From positions 1 to 62,765 of the forward strand of contig JANRLX010000050.1 in assembly GCA_033762115.1 (NCBI GenBank): a stretch of 62,765 nt of DNA, given 5' to 3'. A program made the position numbers and the translations under genes. This stretch comes from Verrucomicrobiota bacterium (GTDB lineage: Bacteria > Verrucomicrobiota > Verrucomicrobiia > Limisphaerales > SXQI01). Positions within the stretch are counted from its first letter, which is position 1. Each line of letters starts with the position of its first letter. This document shows, piece by piece, positions 54,409-62,765 of this stretch. Below the pieces are notes generated by a model that did not search any database, was not told the origin of the DNA, and saw only the letters and a program-made list of their open reading frames with translations.

Positions 54409-55455
54409 ATGAAAATCCGCTCAGCTATTTACATATTTTGTCTGCCTTTGATTGCCCTGGCCGCCGAAGTGGTGAAGGTCAGGGAGCCGCGCGTCAATGT
54501 CCGGGCTCAGCCTTCCATTTTCAGTGAAGTGATCACCCAGGTGCAGCAGGGAGAAGAAGTCACTGTGCTGGAGGTGATTCCGGTAAAAAAGCAAAAACCG
54601 GGAGAGCCAACCAATTGGGCGCGCATTAAAATGCCGGGCAACACTCCGGTTTGGGTTTTTTCCTCATTTATCAAGGATAACAGTGCTTCAGTCGATAAAC
54701 TCAACCTTCGTGCCGGTCCGGGGGAGAATTATAGTGTAATTGGTCGGTTGGAAAAGGGCGCAGCGGTTAAACCGATCCGCACTGTCGAGGAATGGACTGA
54801 AATCGAAGCCCCGGACACAGCTTTTGCCTTTATTGATGCGACGTTACTGGATCTTCCGGCTGCACTGCTGGCCACTGATGCTTCCACCAATGGCACCCCT
54901 GAGTCCGTCATTCCTGAGCCTGCTCACGTGGCGACAGCCAAACCATTTACCCCGCCAGCCGAAGAGGCAGTGGCCCAACCCACTCCAACTCCTGCTGAAG
55001 CGGTTGAGGTGAAAAATGATGAGCCAGTTGCGGCAAAGGCAAATGATGCTCCCAAAGTTCCAGAGGCTGCTGAGAAAACCGCCGCCCCAACAGCCACGGA
55101 AACTGCGGCTGCAACTCCTGCCACTACTGCTCCTGCGCCAACACCTGAAACCTTGCCTGTGATTGCTGCGCCCGCGACGGTCCCCGCCGTTTCGGATGAA
55201 CCACTCCCAAAAAGGATCATTCGCCGTGAAGGAATTGTCAGGGTCACACGGTTTAACATCCAGGCCCCAAGCTGGTACGAACTGGAAAGCACGGATACAG
55301 GAAAGACCATTAATTATCTTCATGCGGAGAAAAGTGATATTAAGTTAAAGGACTACAAAGGTCAGCGCGTGATCGTGACCGGGGAGGAACTGATTGACCC
55401 TCGCTATCCCACGCGCCCTGTGATCGAAGTGGAACAGCTGGAAATGGCGCCTTGA
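54409..55455 (+). CDS. Secreted double bacterial-SH3 protein with Ala/Pro/Thr linker
   Basis: VNVRAQPS and LNLRAGPG SH3b motifs; signal peptide. Confidence 0.85.
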   Translation: MKIRSAIYIFCLPLIALAAEVVKVREPRVNVRAQPSIFSEVITQVQQGEEVTVLEVIPVKKQKPGEPTNWARIKMPGNTPVWVFSSFIKDNSASVDKLNLRAGPGENYSVIGRLEKGAAVKPIRTVEEWTEIEAPDTAFAFIDATLLDLPAALLATDASTNGTPESVIPEPAHVATAKPFTPPAEEAVAQPTPTPAEAVEVKNDEPVAAKANDAPKVPEAAEKTAAPTATETAAATPATTAPAPTPETLPVIAAPATVPAVSDEPLPKRIIRREGIVRVTRFNIQAPSWYELESTDTGKTINYLHAEKSDIKLKDYKGQRVIVTGEELIDPRYPTRPVIEVEQLEMAP

Positions 55456-56342
55456 TGGGTTACGAGAATTTGATAGATGGGCGCGCAATTGCCGAGCAAA
55501 TCCACGCGGAAACAGGGTCAAAAATTTCAGCCCTGAAATCACGCGGGATTCAGCCCGGACTTGTCTTTGTCCGGGTGGGTGAAGATCCTGCATCCCAGGT
55601 TTACGTGGGAATGAAGGAAAAAACGAGCCAAAGGCTTGGAATCCTTTCGACCACGCGCGTGCTTCCGGAAACGACTTCAGAGGCAGAGTTGCTGTCGCTT
55701 GTCAGGCAATTAAACAATGATCCGGCAGTGCATGGGATTCTTGTGCAATCTCCCGTTCCCAGGCAGATCAGGTCAGCGAAAATTTATTCAGCAGTACGGC
55801 CTGAGAAGGATGTGGATGGGTTCAACCCTGTGAACATGGGAAAACTTCTGCTGGGTGATGAAAGCGCATTCATGCCCTGCACCCCGGCAGGGATCCAGGA
55901 GTTGCTGGTGCGTTCCAAAGTGCCCACATCCGGAGCGAACGTTGTGGTCCTTGGAAGAGGAAACATTGTGGGCAAACCAATGGCCGCCATTCTCATGCAG
56001 AAGGGAGAAGGCGCCAATTCGACAGTCACGGTGTGTCACTCAGGAAGCAAAAATATCAAGGAACATTGCCGGGCTGCTGATATCATTATCGCGGCAATGG
56101 GAGTCCCGGAGTTTGTTAAAGCGGATATGGTGAGACCCGGCGCGACAATTATTGATGTGGGGGTCAATCGCGTGGCAGATCCCTCCGCCAAAGGGGGCAG
56201 CCGAATTGTCGGTGACGTGGATTTCAACGCCGTTCAACCTGTTGCCGGGAGGATCACACCCAATCCAGGGGGGGTTGGTCCCATGACAATTGCAATTTTA
56301 ATGCGCAATACCGTACGAGCCACCGAACAGTTTACTCAATAA
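55455..56342 (+). CDS. folD: Methylenetetrahydrofolate dehydrogenase/cyclohydrolase
   Basis: YVGMK, KDVDG, PCTP, GNIVGKP, PGGVGPMT. Confidence 0.97.
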   Translation: MGYENLIDGRAIAEQIHAETGSKISALKSRGIQPGLVFVRVGEDPASQVYVGMKEKTSQRLGILSTTRVLPETTSEAELLSLVRQLNNDPAVHGILVQSPVPRQIRSAKIYSAVRPEKDVDGFNPVNMGKLLLGDESAFMPCTPAGIQELLVRSKVPTSGANVVVLGRGNIVGKPMAAILMQKGEGANSTVTVCHSGSKNIKEHCRAADIIIAAMGVPEFVKADMVRPGATIIDVGVNRVADPSAKGGSRIVGDVDFNAVQPVAGRITPNPGGVGPMTIAILMRNTVRATEQFTQ

Positions 56343-56355
56343 ATCACTTATTAAT

Positions 56356-56796
56356 ATGCAAGCCGCCCGAATTTTACCTGACCTGCAAGCTTCAATCATC
56401 TGTGAAGAAATACGCCAGGAAATCACCGGTAATCTGATTTTAATCGGAGTGATCGGTTATATCCAGGTGCCTCAATTGCCGATTGTTGCTCCGAAGCTTT
56501 TTGTTTTTAACCGATGGACCGCCGGCATAGGACAATTCACCGAAACAGTCCGGTTGATTGCCCCGGATCAAACAACTGTCATCAAGCAAAGCGTGGCCAA
56601 ATTCGGCTTGAACGACCCGATCAACAACGCGACCAACGTCACCCTTTTTGGACAGGTCAAATTCGAAACCCAGGGCGCTTATTACATTGAAATCCTCGTG
56701 GATGAGGTCATGAAGCTTCGATTTCCAGTCCCGCTCCGCGTTGTTACCCCGCCGAATCAGCAGGGACAGCAGAAGGCCCCGGAAACGCAGGGATGA
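56356..56796 (+). CDS. Conserved hypothetical beta-sandwich protein (DUF6941-like)
   Basis: ICEEIRQE..G...LIGV and F...G.Y..EI pattern. Confidence 0.6.
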   Translation: MQAARILPDLQASIICEEIRQEITGNLILIGVIGYIQVPQLPIVAPKLFVFNRWTAGIGQFTETVRLIAPDQTTVIKQSVAKFGLNDPINNATNVTLFGQVKFETQGAYYIEILVDEVMKLRFPVPLRVVTPPNQQGQQKAPETQG

Positions 56797-56809
56797 TCCT
56801 GTAGCAGGT

Positions 56810-56838
56810 TTGCCAAAGGAACAGCCGATGAGTAGCCT
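56810..56838 (+). promoter_or_regulatory. Putative leaderless promoter of the epimerase operon
   Basis: TTGCCA-17 nt-TAGCCT-6 nt-ATG. Confidence 0.6.
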
Positions 56839-56844
56839 TCCTCC

Positions 56845-57807
56845 ATGAACTTTTTGGTCACTGGGGGCGCAGGTTTTATCGGTTCCAATCTGGCCGAGCG
56901 GCTGCTCCTTGAAGGCCATCGCGTCTGGGCATTGGATGATCTTAACTCTTTTTACGATCCATCGAGAAAGCAGCAGAACCTCCATGAGCTCGAAAAATAT
57001 GGGCAACAGTTTTCTTTCGTCAAAGGTGATTTGACCGATGGCTTGTTGCTGGAGGAATTGTTCAGCTCTGTTTCCTTTGATCAGGTAGTGCATCTGGCAG
57101 CACGTGCGGGGGTTCGCCCCAGCTTGGAGGAGCCTGTGCTTTACCAGCATGTCAATGTCATCGGGACGACGCTGTTGCTCGAAGCAGCCCGAAAAAGGAA
57201 TGTAAAAAAATTAACAATTGCCTCCTCGTCGTCAGTTTACGGAGTGAATTCCAAAGCTCCCTTTTCCGAAAGCGACCCGATTTTTTCTGCAATTTCCCCC
57301 TATGCCGCCAGCAAGCTGGCGTGTGAAAGCCTGGGCCACGTATACCACCACATTTACGGAATGGATATCGTGATGCTCCGTTTTTTCACCGTTTATGGGC
57401 CCCGCCAACGTCCCGACCTGGCAATTCACAAATTTGCCGGGTTGATTCTTCAGGATAAGCCAATTCCAGTTTTCGGTGACGGCTCCACCGCGCGTGATTA
57501 TACTTTTATTGATGACACAGTGGATGGGATCATGGCCTGCACCCGGAGGGAATTTGGCTACGAAATTTTTAATCTTGGCGAATCGGACACGGTTTCACTC
57601 AGTCGGATGATTGAGTTGCTGGAAAAGGCCCTGGGCAAAAAAGCAGTCATCAATCGTTTGCCAATGCAGGCGGGTGATGTGCCTTTGACCTTTGCTGACA
57701 TTACGAAAGCGCGGGCCAAACTCGGCTATAATCCCCGTGTGAAGATCGATCAAGGCATTCCAAGGTTTGTCGAGTGGTTTCGCAAAGCTCATCCAGAACT
57801 TGCTTGA
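56845..57807 (+). CDS. NAD-dependent nucleotide-sugar epimerase (UDP-glucuronate 4-epimerase-like)
   Basis: TGGAGFIG, HLAARAGVR.S, YAASK, RFFTVYGP..RPD. Confidence 0.92.
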   Translation: MNFLVTGGAGFIGSNLAERLLLEGHRVWALDDLNSFYDPSRKQQNLHELEKYGQQFSFVKGDLTDGLLLEELFSSVSFDQVVHLAARAGVRPSLEEPVLYQHVNVIGTTLLLEAARKRNVKKLTIASSSSVYGVNSKAPFSESDPIFSAISPYAASKLACESLGHVYHHIYGMDIVMLRFFTVYGPRQRPDLAIHKFAGLILQDKPIPVFGDGSTARDYTFIDDTVDGIMACTRREFGYEIFNLGESDTVSLSRMIELLEKALGKKAVINRLPMQAGDVPLTFADITKARAKLGYNPRVKIDQGIPRFVEWFRKAHPELA

Positions 57808-58937
57808 TGAGCAAAGCCGCAATACTTCTTGCCGAGTTGGTGGCCTTACCGAGTGTCAACCCTGCCTTCATGCCTGCGGGCGATCCCAGAGCTGGCGAAC
57901 AACGTGTCGCCGATTATATCGCCGCAGCCGCTTTGTCTGCCCGGCTGGATGTAGAGATGCAGCCTGTGTTTCCAGGGCGGTTGAATGTGCTTGCCCGACT
58001 TGTTCCACCGCAGCCAGCAACTTCTCGAATTCTCCTCGCCCCGCATCTGGATACAATCGGGGATGCAACGATGCCACCGGAAATGTTCCTGCCGCAAGTC
58101 AGGGATGGACGGTTGCATGGGCGAGGCGCTTGTGACACGAAGGGGAGTGTGGCAGCCATGCTTACAGCCTTGATGGAGGTCGCCATGAGTGGGCGGCGTC
58201 CGCAACAAACCGAAGTTGTTTTTGCCGGGCTGGTTGATGAAGAGGAATCGCAGTCCGGCTCGAGGGCTTTGGCAAGAAGTGGCATCCAGGCAGATCTTGC
58301 AATTGTGGGGGAACCCACGGAATTAAAAATCATCACGGCGCATAAGGGCGATTTGTGGTTGAAAGTGCGAACGCATGGCACAGCTGCGCATGGGTCCAAG
58401 CCGCATCTTGGGGTGAATGCAATTCAGGCTATGATCCCAATCCTGCAATGGATCAAGGAGGAATACGCCCAGGAATTGCAGAAACGAAAGCATCCGTTGC
58501 TTGGCGCTCCCACCATCAACATCGGCTCCATTCATGGCGGTACCCAGCCCAACATCGTTCCTGATTTTTGTGAAATTTCACTGGATCGCCGGACTGTCCC
58601 CGCAGAAAGCGATGAATTTGTGCTTCAGGAAATTTCAAAGGGAATCGCTCCTTTTGGAGGGGAACTGATCAGCAGCAAGGGCAATAGCTGTCTCCCCATG
58701 GAAACCGATCCGAACCTGCCGCTGGTACGCCAGTTTTTCTCTCTTGCAGGACAGGAAAAACCGCTTGGGGTCGATTTCTTTTGTGATGCCAGTATCCTCG
58801 CGGCCAGCGGTATTGCTTCCATCGTTTTTGGACCCGGAAGCATTGCGCAGGCACATACCGCGGATGAGTTCATCGAATTAACTTCGCTCGAAAACGGAAC
58901 GGATTTATTGATCCGGTTTCTGCGCTCGCTCCCGTAA
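57807..58937 (+). CDS. M20 family deacylase (ArgE/DapE-like)
   Basis: HLDT, GRGACDTKG, DEE, GEPT, AHT.DE. Confidence 0.9.
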   Translation: MSKAAILLAELVALPSVNPAFMPAGDPRAGEQRVADYIAAAALSARLDVEMQPVFPGRLNVLARLVPPQPATSRILLAPHLDTIGDATMPPEMFLPQVRDGRLHGRGACDTKGSVAAMLTALMEVAMSGRRPQQTEVVFAGLVDEEESQSGSRALARSGIQADLAIVGEPTELKIITAHKGDLWLKVRTHGTAAHGSKPHLGVNAIQAMIPILQWIKEEYAQELQKRKHPLLGAPTINIGSIHGGTQPNIVPDFCEISLDRRTVPAESDEFVLQEISKGIAPFGGELISSKGNSCLPMETDPNLPLVRQFFSLAGQEKPLGVDFFCDASILAASGIASIVFGPGSIAQAHTADEFIELTSLENGTDLLIRFLRSLP

Positions 58938-58938
58938 C

Positions 58939-60132
58939 ATGCGGGTGGCGTTTCTAACTCATGAACCGTTTTATCCTCCGACTGGCGGCGGGTCGGCAGA
59001 AGCAATTTATATTGTCGAGGAATTTGTCCGGAGAGGTCATGAGTTGCATCTGTTCTGTCCGAGGATTGAAAATAGTGATCAAATCGCCACCAGGTTTGGG
59101 ATCCTGATCCACCCATTTAACGCGTTCAAAATGGGGCGTTATGCGAAATTTCGAAATTTAAAATATTTAATTTATCCATTTCTTCTTGAGAAACTGGTAT
59201 TGCAGAGTGATTCCCGGACATCGTTTGACCTGCTGTTTTCGCAACACGCAATAGCGGCTGTGACAGCCGGAAAATTAAAACGAAGGCTCGGTTCTCCAGT
59301 GGTGATGAATTTTCTGGATTACCTGAGCGGGTTTATGGAGACCTGGCCTGCATATGTAGCACCACCTCCCTTGCTGAAATTAGTCAAAGATTTCGAGGTC
59401 CACCTGCCCGCCCGATCTGGTGCCGACGCTGTCCTGACGGTTTCCGATACCTTGAGCGACTATTTTGTGAATGGCGGATATCCGCGCGAGCGGATCACGC
59501 CGATTTATTACGGCTTTGATTCCGAACTGTTCCCTTTCCGAAAACCTGAACTGAGGGATCCTCCAGTAGTTGTCATGCATGGTTCCTTTGACCAGCATCA
59601 TTTGGGTAAAACGGCATATGATGCCATGAAGCAGGTTCTCAACGTCCGACCTGAAACCTGCTTCCGATTTGTCGGCCACCGCACCCCCACCCTGCTCTCT
59701 TTTCTTCGACGCCTGACCGATCTTTTTCCGAATGCGCGCCTCGAAACCACCGGCTTTATTCCTTACTTTGAAACAGCAGAACAGTTGAAAACCGCAACGC
59801 TGGGCATTGTGCCTTATGAAGAATCAACCGGAACCCACTGCGCTTTTGTGGCCAAAATCGTTGAGTATGCGGGCATCGGCCTGCCTGTTGTGAGCACCCG
59901 ACTCAATAGTGTTTCCCGTTATTTTCAGAACGAACCCACGATTACGTTTACCGATTTCAATGGAGCGGATTTTGGAACAGGCATTCTTAATCGTTTGAGC
60001 GATGCTTCGGAAAACTATTCATCTGCCGCGGAAAAATTAAGCCAGCGAGTGAAGCGTGAACTCGATTGGCGTTCCCTGGCAGCCAGGGCGGTTTCCATCG
60101 CGGAAAGGGTGAAGGCCAATGCGCGCAACTAA
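58939..60132 (+). CDS. GT4-like glycosyltransferase
   Basis: PFYPPTGGG, RGHE, K..EY...GLPVVST. Confidence 0.85.
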   Translation: MRVAFLTHEPFYPPTGGGSAEAIYIVEEFVRRGHELHLFCPRIENSDQIATRFGILIHPFNAFKMGRYAKFRNLKYLIYPFLLEKLVLQSDSRTSFDLLFSQHAIAAVTAGKLKRRLGSPVVMNFLDYLSGFMETWPAYVAPPPLLKLVKDFEVHLPARSGADAVLTVSDTLSDYFVNGGYPRERITPIYYGFDSELFPFRKPELRDPPVVVMHGSFDQHHLGKTAYDAMKQVLNVRPETCFRFVGHRTPTLLSFLRRLTDLFPNARLETTGFIPYFETAEQLKTATLGIVPYEESTGTHCAFVAKIVEYAGIGLPVVSTRLNSVSRYFQNEPTITFTDFNGADFGTGILNRLSDASENYSSAAEKLSQRVKRELDWRSLAARAVSIAERVKANARN

Positions 60133-60135
60133 TTC

Positions 60136-61434
60136 ATGAGCCAGGAACAGTCACGGGCTAATTTCTTCAGACAGAGCGGATGGATGATCATCGCGAATAC
60201 TGTCAGCGGCTTTTTCATGGCTGCTGTGCATCCCTTTGCTTCAGCCATGCCCCCCGGTGAGTACAGCGTTTTTTTTACGTTATTACGCGTGTTTACGATT
60301 TTCGCCATTCCTGCTGCGGGATTGCAAACCATCATGGCTCAACAGGCCGCTGCAAGTTCGGCAAGAAACCAGGAAGGCACTCTTGCCGCCACGCTCCGGC
60401 AGGTACTGATCGCAACATCCGTCCTCTGGCTCCTGCTGGTGTTGATCACGGCTTTTTATCACTCGACGATTGTTCAAAAATTTCAAATTGCGAATCCAAT
60501 GGTGCTTTGGGTGACGCTCCTGACCATTCTTCTCGCCTTGTGGATGCCGATTTTTCAGGGGGTGTTGCAGGGCAGGGAGAATTTTCTTTGGCTTGGCTGG
60601 TCGATGATCTTTAACGGCGTGGGTCGGGTCGTCGCCATTATTTTAATTGTTTGGGGTTTGAAAGGACAGGCCACCGGGGCAATGACCGGTGCCATGTGCG
60701 GTGTTGCCTCAGCCATCCTGATCGCCTTCTGGCCTTCACGAACGATGCTCCATGAAAAAGGAGACCCGGTTCAAATCAACCAATGGCTTGGGAAAACGAT
60801 CTGGCTTATCTGCGGAATCGCTCCCGGCTTGCTCCTCGTTAACCTGGATATGATCGTGATCCAAAGTTATTTTTCACGTGAGGTCACTCCCTATTACGCC
60901 GCCGGTGCCATGATCGGATATGCCCTTGTGACGTTCACAACTCCAATCGCCGCGGTGATGTTCCCTAAAATTGTGAAGAGCGTTGTCGGAGCACAAAAAA
61001 CCGACGCGCTGTTTCTGGCTGTGCTGGGCACCGGGATTCTCGGCGGTGTGGGGGCGATCTTTTGCACCTTTTTCCCCGAGCTACCGCTGAGGATTATTTT
61101 TTTCAAGAACCCGGATTATATAAAAGCCGCCCCGCTTGTGCCCTGGTTTATCTGGGCCTTCGTTCCGTTGACCATGGCTAATGTGCTCATCAGCAACCTG
61201 CTGGCGCGGGAACGTTTCGCTGCCATTCCATTGCTCGCGTTGATCGGAATCGCATATCCCTTTGCCTTGTTCAGCTACATGCCTATCGGTGTGAAGCTCC
61301 CCGCTTTTGTTGCTTTCGAGAGGATTGTTCAAATTCTCGGGTTTTTCAGTCTCGCATTATTCACCATCGCGCTGCTCTTCACCCTTTACGACAAGAGGAT
61401 GACGCAACTCCCGAAAACAGAATCGGAGTCATGA
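60136..61434 (+). CDS. Wzx-like polysaccharide flippase
   Basis: About 12 hydrophobic helices, GVLQG, D.I....FS....YYAA, MFPK; beside a GT and an epimerase. Confidence 0.75.
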   Translation: MSQEQSRANFFRQSGWMIIANTVSGFFMAAVHPFASAMPPGEYSVFFTLLRVFTIFAIPAAGLQTIMAQQAAASSARNQEGTLAATLRQVLIATSVLWLLLVLITAFYHSTIVQKFQIANPMVLWVTLLTILLALWMPIFQGVLQGRENFLWLGWSMIFNGVGRVVAIILIVWGLKGQATGAMTGAMCGVASAILIAFWPSRTMLHEKGDPVQINQWLGKTIWLICGIAPGLLLVNLDMIVIQSYFSREVTPYYAAGAMIGYALVTFTTPIAAVMFPKIVKSVVGAQKTDALFLAVLGTGILGGVGAIFCTFFPELPLRIIFFKNPDYIKAAPLVPWFIWAFVPLTMANVLISNLLARERFAAIPLLALIGIAYPFALFSYMPIGVKLPAFVAFERIVQILGFFSLALFTIALLFTLYDKRMTQLPKTESES

Positions 61435-61484
61435 AATCGTTTTAAGCTGTCCGGCTGACGCGTTCCCGGGTAAAATCGATTTAA

Positions 61485-62603
61485 ATGTTTCCAGGACCGA
61501 CAGAGAAACAGGCGCGGATATTGTGGCTTTCTCTCACGACATTGGGTGTGGCGGTGCTCCTCTGCCTGTTGGGAATCTTGTTTTGGGGCCTTGGATGGTT
61601 GGCTCAAAGGCTCTCTTCCGTGCTCCTTCCCCTGGCCATTGCCGGGATTCTGGCTTACCTCCTGGATCCAGTGGTGGATTTTCTCGAACGAAAGCGCATC
61701 CCAAGGGCACGCGCCATCTTTCTCGTTTTTTTTCTGGGCATTATGATAGTCCTGATCACCGCGAGCACAGTCCTGCCCCGATTGATTGTGGAAACACAAG
61801 ACCTCGTCGAACGCATCCCTCAACTCTCTGATACCGCCCAGAAAAAAATCCGTGTTTGGGTGAGTAACAGCCCCCTTGGCGCTCGGGCGCGTCAGGCCTG
61901 GGCTTCTGACTTCGGAACGACGATTGAAGGCTGGTTTAGCAAAACGTTGCCCCTCATCTCATCTTGGATTTTTACCCAAGTCTCGCGTGTGGCATCCTGG
62001 TTTGGGCTAATGGTGGGGCTTGCACTAGTGCCGGTCTATTTATTCTATTTCCTCCTGGAGAAGCGTGGTATCCACCAACATTGGACCAATTACCTTCCTA
62101 TTGCCGAGTCACGGATCAAGGATGAAATAGTTTTTATTCTAACCTCTATCAATGATTATCTAATCCTTTTCTTTCGTGGTCAGATACTTGTCGCATTATG
62201 CGATGGTATCCTGCTGACGATCGGTTTTCTTGCCATGGGTCTGGACTATGCGTTCCTTTTAGGCATGACCGCCGGGTTGCTTAGTATCGTTCCCTTTTTG
62301 GGCGTGGCCATCAGCCTTGTTCCCGCGCTCCTTTTGGCTGCGGTCCAATTTGGTGACTGGCTCCACCCCTTATTGGTTTTAGGGCTTTTTGGACTCGTTC
62401 AATTCCTGGAAGGTTTTTTTATCTCGCCGCGAATCATGGGTGATCGTGTGGGACTTCACCCCTTGACTATTATTATAGCTGTCATGGTAGGTACTACATT
62501 ACTTGGCGGAATCACAGGGGGCATTCTGGCTATTCCCCTTACCGCGGCCCTGCGAGTATTGATGTTCCGCTATGTATGGCGAACACCTCCGGCAGTGCCT
62601 TGA
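61485..62603 (+). CDS. AI-2E (PerM) family transporter
   Basis: LAYLLDP.V, FFRGQ, QFLEG..ISPRIMG..VGLHP, ILAIP. Confidence 0.93.
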   Translation: MFPGPTEKQARILWLSLTTLGVAVLLCLLGILFWGLGWLAQRLSSVLLPLAIAGILAYLLDPVVDFLERKRIPRARAIFLVFFLGIMIVLITASTVLPRLIVETQDLVERIPQLSDTAQKKIRVWVSNSPLGARARQAWASDFGTTIEGWFSKTLPLISSWIFTQVSRVASWFGLMVGLALVPVYLFYFLLEKRGIHQHWTNYLPIAESRIKDEIVFILTSINDYLILFFRGQILVALCDGILLTIGFLAMGLDYAFLLGMTAGLLSIVPFLGVAISLVPALLLAAVQFGDWLHPLLVLGLFGLVQFLEGFFISPRIMGDRVGLHPLTIIIAVMVGTTLLGGITGGILAIPLTAALRVLMFRYVWRTPPAVP

Positions 62604-62765
62604 TCCCGCCTCCTCAAATAAACGAAAAAATGCTTGAAGGGGGATGTGGATGGGGTAGGTTTCGCGGCTCTGTTTTTGGGATGGTTGGAAAGGTTGTTTT
62701 GTGGTTTGGGTGGAGGTGGGGTGACGGGTGGGTGAAGGTTGGGAAAAGATTTTGTAAAAAAGGGC

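Noticed and set aside
54880..55200. Ala/Pro/Thr-rich stretch as a tandem repeat
   Set aside because: Low-complexity protein linker with no exact nucleotide periodicity seen.

Overview
Chromosomal housekeeping region of about 59 CDSs from a Verrucomicrobiota (PVC) bacterium, probably Pedosphaera/Limisphaera-like. This is inferred from the PVC-signature small basic protein, a long-form GreA, an H-X9-DG prepilin, an ASPIC/UnbV protein and C-terminal 'RFYR' domains. It carries coaD-yceD-rpmF-plsX-fabH, ileS, two atypical Hsp70s, mnmG, dnaN, rsmB, greA, serA, uppP, parA-trpS, a ClpX-like ATPase, ligA, purC-xerD, folD and several carbohydrate/envelope genes. I saw no rRNA, tRNA, CRISPR array, IS or prophage. 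Highlights: (1) a small membrane protein starting with two ParB-type ParA-activating peptides (LGRGL) but with no ParB core, near two perfect parS sites (one inside an in-frame insertion in mnmG) and an orphan parA; (2) a G-to-C strand-skew gradient across the window that does not follow gene orientation and resets near the right end; (3) many leaderless promoters; (4) a single-chain LptC-(LptA)x3 fusion; (5) a sigma54-type promoter on a stand-alone pilin-like gene. All calls come from reading motifs by eye, with no database searches. Several starts were trimmed relative to the ORF track.
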